Origin: Podarcis pityusensis
Taxonomy: Eukaryota
Length of the DNA stretch: 64,000 nucleotides
Assembly: GCA_964106645.2 (NCBI GenBank)
Contig: OZ067047.1
Reading direction: 5' to 3' (one strand)
Below are positions 52,769 to 64,000 of the stretch, in pieces; within the stretch, counting starts at the first letter, position 1, and the number at the start of each line of letters is the position of its first letter. The notes beneath the pieces were generated by a model that had not been told where the DNA came from, ran no database searches, and saw only the letters and a list, made by a program, of their open reading frames with translations. Both the position numbers and the translations under genes were made by a program.

Positions 52769-54150
52769 TACTTTTAAATGTTTCAGATTTCACTAGCAAA
52801 AATCCTTTTTTTCTGCTTGCATAAAATTGCCTCTAAGAACCATTCAAGTAGATTTAGGACCATGCTTGTTCTCCCATTAAAGGCCGTTTTCAGTGGAGTT
52901 ACCTGGCACTTAACTTTTTATGGTACTTTTAATTTCACATTATGTTCAACAGTGCATGTAACGCAAAATGAATTAACATAGCCAACAGGAATTTCTAAGC
53001 TTCCAACCTTTTCTCCAAGTAAGTTTGACTTAACACAGGTTTATTTGAATGGGGAAGTTGAAAGACACCTTCCAGGAACTGGGCACTAATTAAAACTATC
53101 CTTCATAGCAGTGGATTGTGTTGCTTCCTTCCCAGTATTCTGAAATGGTAGAAACAGGAGCTCAAACTTAACTGCAGGTTGTATCCTTTGGCCTGGGAAT
53201 GATGTCTGGATAATGCCAGATATGTGGGAAATGCTTGTGGTAACAAGTGGTAAGCAAAGTGTTAGGAATATACAGAGACACACCTACTGTTTCACCTGTC
53301 TGAGCACTGAAAATAGGTTCCAAAGGCCAAGTCTTGATGTGCCCAAATTGAAGTTCAAGCCTTGTCCCTCCCCTGGTTCAGTTTTTAGAAGAAACTAAAA
53401 CTATTTTAATGACTATTAAAAATGTGACGTTTCCTTCCTGTTCTGCTTTTCCATGTTGTTATGTAGTTTTACAACTACATAAATGCTTCATGAGATTGGG
53501 GAAAGATTCCTAGATCTGTTAACACTAAGCCTTCTAAATGGTTTGGGAGCTACATAATCAGAACCCCATGATCATGATTAAGGGGGGGGGGGCGGAATCA
53601 AAGTAGTTTTCTCCCCCCCAGCAAGGATTCTTCCAAGGATTCTTACATCATTCCAGCACTAAGCCTCCCTCATAGTTTGCCAATAAAACTGTATCAGAAC
53701 CATTGTGACTAACAGATGTCTCTAATTTTTATCAAAGTAACAGCCACAGCCTTTGAGCAGTGAAACTGCACACCAATCCTTAGACCTTGATTGTGTTTAG
53801 TAAAATCATATGCCATTTAAATTTCCACAAGAAACAAAATTAACAGTCACAGCTGATGAAATTATGTCTATTTAGAGTGGCAAAGCAGAAATGTGTTTTT
53901 TGCTTTGTTTTAGAGAACAAGGTAGAAAGCAGAACTCTCAACAAGACAGGGGAAAAGATTTTACACACAAAATGCCACAGAGCAGTTAAATTAAGTCCAT
54001 TAATTTACAAAAACAAAACCCATAATCTCTTAACAAGCTAACACAGAGCAAGAAGCTAACAAGCTAACATAGGGAATAGTTTTTTAACAAGCTAATATAG
54101 AGCACTGAACACATTCATGTTCAATGGCTTTACAGCTGTATAATCTAGTA

Positions 54151-54391
54151 CAGTGGAACCTTGGTTCTCAAACGCCTTGGTACTTGAACATTTCAGCTCC
54201 CGAATGCTGAAAACCCAGAAGTAAGTGTTCCAGTTTTCAAATGTTTTTTGGAAGCCGAACGTCCGATGCAGCTGTCGGCTATTGTTTCCAGGGCACCTGC
54301 GCCAGTCAGAAGCTAGGCATTGGTTTTCAAACATTTTGGAAGTCGAACGGACTTCCGGAATGGATAATGCTTGAAAACCAAGGTACCATTG
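54151..54391. mobile_element. TA-flanked mariner/Tigger-like MITE
   Basis: CAGTGGAACCTTGGTT ... AACCAAGGTACCATTG. Confidence 0.75.
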
Positions 54392-56195
54392 TCCTTGCAT
54401 GTGACTGAGCAATCATAAATCAACCACCACCTTATATCACCTCAAACAAAAGGCTTTTCAGTGGTCAGTGTATATTCTGCTTCATTAAATTATTTTGTAT
54501 TTTTGAATCCCACTCTTCCTCCATGCTGAAGCATAGGTTGACTAAGAAAAAAGTCAATAAAACTAGGAGATTAGTTAAAATCACAAGTTTTCAATAAAAT
54601 ATAAATAGGCAGTGATGATTATCTAAAGGATCATGCCATCAAGTGTTGAGTAATCAAGTGATGAGATTAAAAATGACAGGCATGCATGTGTCAACTGGCT
54701 TTAAGAATGTTCTGTATTAAGTCTATACAGAGCAGTCTCAGATTTTGTTAGCTGGCCTTTGCTTGGTTCACAAGCAAACACCTACAAACTCATTACGACG
54801 AGACTAAATTAGCCTGTCTAATTGCTTTAGCTTTTTAAAATCAAAACTACTATTCCATTTCCTTTCATGTTTAATATCTTGTTCGGTTAAGACAAACATC
54901 AAAAACCTATTATGTATAGGTAAAGAGATGAGAAAAACAGTTTATGGAGGAGAATCCTATGTAATAAATGCATGCTTAGGAATCTAGGATCAATAAACCA
55001 TCTTTTTCACCTAAAACCTCTTCATTGGCATCTTTATTATTGATACAAAATACCTTTTACTTATGGTCAGCAATCTAAGCAATACACATTACTATATATC
55101 ATTTCATATATGTACCAATTGTAATAATTTTGAGAGATACACTTCAACATAACTTTGTTAATATATTTATTAACGTTTATCTGAGTGTTTATAGTTGTTT
55201 AATTTTAATTTTATGTAATTGTTGCATGTCATATGTTCTTATGTAAACAAAGATGTATCTTAATGCAACCACATTAAACAGCTTAAAGATGAAAATGAAT
55301 AAAAGAGAATTTTAAAGAAAACTTTTTTTAAAAGTTTCCATTTCTGAGGGCAACTGAGAAATTTTAAGATGAAAGTATGGAAAGAAAGCAGACTGGAAAT
55401 ATACCAAGACTGGAAAAACATACAGGCCACTGAGCAAGCCATGGCCAAATTGAAGCTAGATCCAGCCATATATCAAAATCTATATATCATGACCTTTATG
55501 AATCTACTGAATAGAAGCCCAGAGATAAGATTGTTTTTCTGCAGTCCAGTGATATGCAAATTTTATTAAATAAATGAGTAGAAAGTATTTCATAATAGCA
55601 ACTTTAAAATGAATTAATTATCTAAATTGCATAGAAGTTTTGATGATTACGCGGTACATAAATCCTGTTAAATTAATTAAAAATATTATGGTTGTTCCCT
55701 GCTTTGTAGAAACCTGAAAACGAACATTTACATGGCAAATACTTAATCTATTTCTACAGGTGCAATGAAGGTTGAACAAAGGGCTGGCCTCTCTAGTGAT
55801 TCATTTAAATGCTGTAATTTGAGTTGTTCAAAAGTTTGTCAGAAGTTTTCCTGAAGTACCATCTAGAAATATTGCTATAGTTTTTTCTGTTTATTTTCAA
55901 TCATTTGAGAAACCCTGAAACTTCTGGGTTAGAATTTAATATGTCAAAACTGTAATTATAACACACACAACTGATAATGGAAGTTTCATTTTCATATTTC
56001 TGAAAGAACAATCACCTACAGGATAGAGAGTTGCATACATTTTACTTTCATTTCAGACACTCACCACAGCAATTTTAGCCACTTCCCCCAGGGCAATTTT
56101 GTAACTGCAATAAGGGGAGGTGAGCAAGCTGAGCAAGTTTACTGCATGCTCTGCATTTTTTGTACTTATCTTCAAGTCTTGTATTGAGTACTGTA

Positions 56196-56365
56196 CAGTG
56201 GTACCTCGGGTTACAGATGCTTCAGGTTACAGACTCCGCTAACCCTTTGCTTCAGGATGAGAACAGAAATCGTGCGGCAGCAGGAGGCCTCATTAGCTAA
56301 AGTGGTACCTCAGGTTAAGAATGGACCTTCAGAACTAATTAAGTTCTTAATCCGAGGTACCACTG
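56196..56365. mobile_element. TA-flanked mariner/Tigger-like MITE
   Basis: TA|CAGTGGTACCTCGG ... CCGAGGTACCACTG|TA. Confidence 0.85.
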
Positions 56366-58585
56366 TATAAAGCAAATATACTTATTCAGAGAAGCTCATG
56401 CACATACTTGTTTACAGCTCTGCAGTCAAACAGACAGCACTTCACTTTGCTTGGCTTCTACAGTTACTTCAACATAACATCAAGATAATTGCCAAGCCAG
56501 TTCTATGATTTCTTCTCATCTTAAGATTTAGAAGTGTTTTTAAAACTTGAAAGACAATGTCTGTTTTACTCAGGTAGGATAGGTAACATGGGAACATGCA
56601 GAAACCAATGTATCTATTAGGCCAGAGGTGAGCAGAACCCTTAAGGTTCAAGTAAAATAGATCCCACCAGACTTTAAGTCTGCCCACCCCTGTATTAGAT
56701 CCTGTTAGAACTCTGAACTACAGTTTCTGCTACAACCAAATGGGGAAACAGTGGTTCCATCTCTATTTATTAACCATAACATGAAACCAGACTTTAAAAA
56801 AAACAGGTTAGTAAGCTAATCAGATCCTGCTTTCATATCCTCATTAGTAAGCGAGGACTGAATAAATTCTGTGAAAGAAAGAAAAATACCAACACTTCAA
56901 GATCTAGTGCTTCACAAAGAAGAATGGCTGTAAACTGAGGCAACATGCAAATGAAAAGCACCAAAGTTAGAAACTATGCTTAATGCATCCTCAGCAATTT
57001 CCACAGTGCAAACCACTGCAGCATGCTATTGGTTAGTGTGTTAACTGTAAGCAAACAAATGTGAGCAAGATGAAGGTTTTACCCCGCAAAGATAGTTCTA
57101 AATACCACAACGCGCTGCTCACCTAAAACCACAAAGGGCAATGTCAAGAACTAAATATGGCACAGGAAGTTTTATGATACATACAAAATCTGATTGCATT
57201 TCTTCTTCCAAAATTAACTTTTTTCCCATCAGGGTATAAAGAATGAGCAGCTGGTAAGCACCTAATATATTTAATACCTTTACATTTTCACACCAGCTTG
57301 CATGCCTCTTTACCAGGGTGCATTTCAGCCCAAGTCAAACAGATTATTTCAATATAATTTTAAACCAGCCTTAAAAAAAAGCCACATGCATCTATAGGCC
57401 TACAGAAATGGCAGTATGTGTTAGTACAATGCTTCTTTGCAAACTCACAAGCAGAGGTATCCCAAACTGAATTTAAGTAAAGTCGAAGGTAGTCAGCCTT
57501 TGACAGACATGTCCATATTAAAATGTAAGTAAGAACAATCAACAGAGGATACTTAATATTTACAAAATGTAAAGATTTACTACAAAATTGTTCAGAAAAC
57601 CTAAAAATATGATCAGACCTGAAAACAAACCAAAAAGCTGCTATTAACAGATGAAGGTTACATAAGTGTAAATGTTCAAATCCTTAAGATAATCAGACTG
57701 GACTGCAGATTTTAATAGAAATATTTATGGTTTATCATTTATGAGCTATCAGTCCTAACAAGGATCAAGAATCAAAGTTTTATTATGGTCAAAAGAGCAG
57801 GGCCAAAAGCAGCTTGCTGACAAAGCAGGGCAAGATGATCAGAAGTGAAACGTAGGTAGAATGCAACACAGGTCAATTGGTCAGGCAAGAACACAAGCTC
57901 ATACTACAAGGTTACCATTAACTGGCAACACTGTTAAATGCATTTAATTTAAAATGGCCAGGAATCAAGGCTGTCCTGTTAAACCTGCTACATTAACAGT
58001 GCCTGAAAGTTTAATGATGTCTCACAGAATATAGTTTTCATCCAAATGAACATGCCCCAGCTTGATTTTAAGGCAATGTAAAATCCTGGAGACTTTACTG
58101 TAAAGTGGCAGGTAACTAGCTGATCCACAAAAAATTATTTAAAGCAAAACTAAACCTAAACCTGAATCCAATTCCAAATTCCAAATAAAATAAAATATTG
58201 TTAAGAGGATTGTTTTCTGGAATGAATCAAACCCAAACCTTAACATTCTGGCCCTAAAATACAAAACTGATTATTTACACACAAATACCAGGAACTGGTT
58301 CAAAATAAGTGATTCAATAATTCGAAGTCTGAGAGTAGTAAGAAAAGGCTTACAGGGTGGGTATGTGATATATATTGTTTATCTTAATCCCATGTAAACC
58401 AATAGCCAAACTCTAGTTAGCTAAATAAATGAGCTTTCATAACCTATGTTTTGAAATTGGCTTGCTTTGAAGCTGGCCAAAGTTTGTTTAAACTACAATT
58501 CAAGTTCATCTGCAGTCACAAATCATGATTTGTGGAAAGTGAAACTAAAGCTTTCAGAAGTCTTTCTCCTAACCAGACATGAGTA

Positions 58586-58798
58586 CAGTGGTACCTCTGG
58601 TTGCAAACAGGATCCGTTCCAGAGGCCCATTCGCAACATGAAAAGAGCGCAATCTGAAGCACCGTATCTGCGCAGGTGTGTGGCGCGATTTGGCACTTCT
58701 GTGCGTGCGAAAGCAGCGAAACCCGGAAGTAACCCTTTCCGGTACTTCCGGGTCACCGCGGGACATAACCTGAAAGAACGTAACATGAGGTATGACTG
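58586..58798. mobile_element. TA-flanked mariner/Tigger-like MITE
   Basis: TA|CAGTGGTACCTC ... GAGGTATGACTG|TA. Confidence 0.75.
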
Positions 58799-61361
58799 TA
58801 TCGGATGGGAGGTTGGCTTAATGCAGGCTTATTCCAACATGTGTAGGTAGAACTCAACAATTGCTTAGCATTACGTGCAAGCTGGATCAAATAAAAGAAG
58901 AAAAAGTTCTGCTTTTCACAACCATTTGGACTTTTATAAACACGCCAATCTCTAAGCTGTTCTCTATGCTAAAAAGCCAACCCAAAAGCTCTTCCTCACA
59001 AGGTCCTCCAAGCTCTTAACCATTTTAATGATTTACCTATATTTTTTAAAGCTCTAATATATCCTTGGGAAAGGGACAGCTAGAACAATAAGCAAAATGT
59101 GATATAGAATGGCACTGTACTTATATTCTGCATTGAAGAAACAGAGATAAAAAATAAATGTCATCTTATATTTCAGAGCAAGCCAATTTCATGAGAGATT
59201 ATCTTAAGCATAGCTCACTGTGGTTTGATCTTAATTTGATACAAATTGGCAGGTGCGAGTTGTTCCCTAAATTTCAATTCTGCGTTTAAAACAGTTTATT
59301 CCATCAGCAAAGCAGATCCCAAGAGTTCCCAAGTCCTAAAAAAAAACAGAAATCCGCCATTTAAAAAGGATAAGAAACAAAGCTATGTGTTGCAGATCAG
59401 ATAGAAAGCATTTTTTTAAATGAAAATATGAACAACACAACAACCAAGAAGAACACTGCAAGGAACAAGTAGTGGTGGGGCTCCCCTTCAGAAGGCATCA
59501 ATGACTATGAACCCTATATCTAATCATTGACAAAATTAGAGCTACTCTGTTGACGGATGTATTTTACCACAGTCAGAGTAATGGAGCTAATACAGTTTAT
59601 TGATATTCTAGCCTTCCCACAACTTTTAGATTTGAATATGGTAAACAAACCAAATATTACAGGCACTTTGCTCCTCCACCACTATAGCCACATTGGCAGG
59701 AGCCAAGCAATGGTTTGGCTTCAAGTTATGTAAAACCCAGGCTCATAGTTAATCTGCTCCCAACAAATCATAGGCACTATGCCAAGAACAAACCGTGGTT
59801 ACAAGCTTTTGGTTTGCTTGAAAAGAGACAACATGAGCCCTGCAACACTAAGCCCAAACATGGCATATCTCCGGGAAGGAAAGCAGGAGCAGGGGAAAGA
59901 GTGGAGCTCCTATAATGTTCACACCATGAACCATGTTCAACTTTAAACCGCAATTAAGCTTAAGTAACATGTTAAAGCGACATGTGAACCAGACCCTCAC
60001 AATATTAAATTTGCAAAATTAAAATAAAAGCTTGTAAAATTTCTGAACTGCAAGGAGCCAAAGTTTAGTTTTACTACTTCTGCACATCATTGCAGCATCC
60101 ACTATTGCTACAATTACTGTATGTACATTCTAAATGTGAGCTGAATGACAACTATAGGCATCACTGAAAACCAGCTGCCTTGCATCACTTTCTCTATATA
60201 AACTGTTTACATAGAGATTTACCCACATTGCTACTCTGATTGAGACAGCTTTGCCTTAAATTTGCCAACTATGATTCTAGATACTATTAAAATATCAGTT
60301 ATTTTCACTTATCCAGGAGGAAGGGCTTATCCAGCATTACAACTCAATGAATCCTCAATTTACACTGGAGACAAACTCATTTCAACCACATGCAAAGCAA
60401 TATAAACACAAATGTATTCCATGAAATATAGCAACCAACTTTCAAGTTTGGAAATATCTCCCCCCAATAGATGACAAGACTGTGTAACATAAATTTGCTT
60501 TATTTCAGTATGACTCAGAACTACTCTTAATTTCGGGAAAACTATGAAAACAAAACAACAGGCATTATATTCAGGGGTACAAAAGTGAGCACAGATATAA
60601 TTACTGCAAATTCACTTTATGTTGCACATGTATAACTACAGGCTTCATTTGTATACAGTAAATAGATTGCGTTAACCATTTTAGACCTGCATCTGACACC
60701 TGCTAAGGTTGATAGTTACATCTCCAAAATGGCTGTGATCTTAACTTTTTTAATGACTACTCAAACACAAGACCTTGTGTAGAGCACATTCCCTAACACT
60801 TTTTGTCACCGTATAGCTGTTCAACCATGCACTAAAGATGTGTTAAGAGTGGATAATTTTGGTGTGTGTGTTTTTTTTAAAGTCAAAATTGCTTATATTC
60901 AGTTTCATTTCAACCACAATTAAGGGTTGATTCTAAAAAAATTAGATGAAATCTGAGCTGATACACAAATATGTTGAAACTGTATGCATCTCTTAAGACT
61001 GAATCCATGATCTTCTAACAGACACATGAGAGGGAAAAAACAGGATAAGGGAGAATATTTGACTGCTGAGGTCAAGCCTTATAAATGTGGAACAATATAT
61101 CATTTATTGTACTTATTACTGGAGCAAGTCCTCTGGTATTTATAGAATATCAGCTGAACAACATGGCCATTTTATATCTAATCCAAAAATACAGCTTTTA
61201 CCCAGAAATTATCAGCCTTGCTTTTATAACATTCTTGGACTGTTTTACTGTATTGGATGGTGGCCCTTATTTTCAAATGAATGATCTTCCTGAAGTGTCC
61301 TCACAAGGATACGAAAGCTACATTTACACACACAGTAATGCTAAACCATAGTTTAGAATTT

Positions 61362-61824
61362 CAAGCAGCCCCCGGTTTACACCCCCGGGTAACATTCCGA
61401 GCCACCATGCACATTGGTGAAATCATGTACAGTGGTACCTCGGGTTAAGAACTTAATTGGTTCTGGAGGTCCGTTCTTAACCTGAAACTGTTCTTAGCCT
61501 GAGGTACCACTTTAGCTAATGGGGCCTCCTGCTGCCGCCGTCACGCGATTTCTGTTCTCATCCTGAAGCAAAGTTCTTAACCCAAGGTACTATTTCTGGT
61601 TTAGCGGAGTCTGTAACCTGAAGCGTCTGTAACCTGAAGCATTTGTATCCCGAGGTACCACTGTATAATTGAAACCCATTGAAAAAACCTACAAGTACCT
61701 CATTATGCGCCCGCCCGCACGTTTAGTGGCATTTCAGTGACATTTTTGGGCCACTTCTAGATTCAGCATGATGCACACATATTGAACACACGTAAACCGG
61801 GGGGGGGGGGGGGGAGGCTGCCTG
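61362..61824. mobile_element. Outer MITE interrupted by a nested MITE
   Basis: TIRs caagcagcccccggtttac / gtaaaccgg(G)n aggctgcctg. Confidence 0.7.
61430..61663. mobile_element. Nested TA-flanked MITE, inverted relative of 56196-56365
   Basis: TA|CAGTGGTACCTCGGG ... CCCGAGGTACCACTG|TA. Confidence 0.85.
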
Positions 61825-64000
61825 TATATGGAAAAGTCTCACTAGGCCTGAAGAAAGGAATAGGGTCACACACTGCTCCAGCTACCTTCACCCCTATAGC
61901 CAGGAGAGCTGCAAAGACTACTTTCAGTTTCCATGAATCTTGGCTGTGTTACTAACAAACAAGGTATCCTGGTTTAAAGTAAAAGCTGGTCAGTTTAATA
62001 AGTCAGCTTCATAACCCATAGCTTGAAGTTGGCTTATTTTGTTCGTTTGTTTTACACTACGTGTTTGGTTCCTACTCAAGGTGAGAGTCACGTTAACAAA
62101 GTAATTGGCAACTCTCTTCCAGTCAGCTGCATGGGAAGAGGGGAGGATGCAAGCCAGGGGCTTTGTTCAGCTCAATGAGATCCATCCACATAGCATTAAA
62201 CCATGGTTTAACATTATGTGACAATATAGTTAGTGGTGCATATTCTCTAAAAAGATTGTTATGGAAACCAGTTAGTACTGGACACTTGTTTAGGTAATGC
62301 ACAATTTACAACACAGTAAATAATTTAAATCAATTAAGATCAGCTGTGTCTTGGAAATTCAAATCATTACTTAAACTTCTGCAGTCTATTTTCAGATTCT
62401 GTGTAAACAAAGTAGTCATGTTTCAGCAAAAGTCGGTTTACATAACAGCAATACTTTAAAATAAGATCATGCTTGCTGCTGACCGCTAGCCTGGTCACCT
62501 GTGGCGAGTTAAGATTTTAACTACCCAGCCTCCTTTCTAGATAAGAGACAAAGACAACCCATTGTGCATTTTGAATGCTAAGGACAAGCAAGAGTGTGTT
62601 GGCTATAGTCTTCAAAAAACATTCCGAACACTGGATACAAGGCAATCTCCTTTCTAACCTTCTATCAATGAATTATATGACTAGAACAAGAAAGCCTTAT
62701 CTGCAGCCTCCATAATTCAAGAGACTCCATCATGCAAGCTGCGGGCAAGGTGAAGAATAGGCAACATTAGCATTCCATAAATGGCAGTTGCCGCCACCCC
62801 CTTCGGCAATCTGCAGAAGTGAAAGGATGCTGTGGGAGGAAGAGAGAGCAGTACAGTAGAAAGAAGTGGTCAAAAAGTACCAACAGAACATGGTGTAGAG
62901 AAGGCAAATGAGGAGGGTTCGGGCAGACAACTACCACAAGAGTTGATTTCCAAGCCTGAAGGAGACTGATCAGAATGTCAATAAAAACACAGGGGTAGAT
63001 GAACATTCTTTCTATAGTCAGGATTTTTTTCCACATTAAGATATGTGGTACATTCTTCCTTAAATAAAAATTTCCATAGAAGGAAGCTAACTTGGCTATT
63101 TCTTCCCCAGGCTGATTGGTAATTCCATTGCTCCTAACAAAGCATGTTTTACAAACAATTTTAACACTTCTTAATATTAAAAATAAACATTGCAACTTGA
63201 ATGTTCATGTTTTTCCACATAGAGATCTCCCAGTTTAGAGATCTTTGAGATTTTGAGTTTCAGGTAAATCTTTTTTTAACTCCATGGTCTAGTTAGGCAT
63301 ACTGCAACCTTTCCAAAGCAACAACACTGTACAAAGAAAATTGAAACAAATGACATATGCAATTTACTACGGACACATAGTAATTTAGAACAGCATTGTA
63401 ATCTTGTGTGATAATATACTAATGCATATTCTCACACAATGTAGAACAAACATCTATTTTTGAACTATTTATCTCTTAAATTCACATCTGTCTTACATCA
63501 TAAACAAAGGGAGCTTGGGGATAAGTAGCATAGTGGCTGAGATTGACCTACAGATCAAGAAGTTCCTGAGTCAGATCTTGCTTCTGCCATGAATTCCGAA
63601 GGTGACCTTAAACCACTCTCTCAACCTAGGTATAAAACCAAACCGCCCTGAAAGGGTTGCTGTAGAGATTACAAAAATCCAATATATGTGTAGCAAGCAC
63701 TTAAATGCTAAGCAGCAGCGTTTAACATACTGCACAATTAGGTACAGCAGCATGATAAGTTAAATAAGAACTGGTCCCTGAAGGCACGGTCCATTCCGAT
63801 CACTACAAAAAAGCAGAAAGGGGGAAATGACATAACATTCTTTTGTCAGGTCTGGATGACACAGCAAGTTGCCATGCATCAAAAACAGAAGGAAAATCTT
63901 CCAAAGTCCTTTACCGCACTGGAAGAGGTGTGAGGCTAGACTCACTCCTGTCATGATAAACCATAGTCCATCAGAATGTCCAAATACAGCCAGTGGCTTA

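Noticed and set aside
40607-64000. WNK1 exon 1, its CpG-island promoter, or nested genes in intron 1
   Set aside because: No CpG island or N-lobe coding sequence is present; the ORFs are short and low-complexity or repeat-derived.

Overview
This is vertebrate genomic DNA from a squamate, probably a lacertid lizard, judged from the Sauria-type SINE and the BovB/RTE, CR1, L2 and MITE repeats. The whole window lies inside the WNK1 kinase gene on the minus strand, from intron 1 (right end) to intron 10 (left end). I located exons 2-8, the neural cassette exons 8B and HSN2, exons 9 and 10, and the kidney-specific alternative first exon 4A (KS-WNK1). All have canonical splice sites, and their phases chain into one open frame. 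The most unexpected feature is a cluster of four candidate small exons (21, 61, 60 and 25 nt) in the apparently repeat-free intron 3, at the junction that splits the kinase activation loop (SVIG|TPEF). Spliced together they are one nucleotide short of an in-frame 56-codon insert. They come with RNA stems whose wobble pairs work only on the transcribed strand. Orthologue comparisons are from memory and unverified, and most short ORFs in the track are intronic noise.
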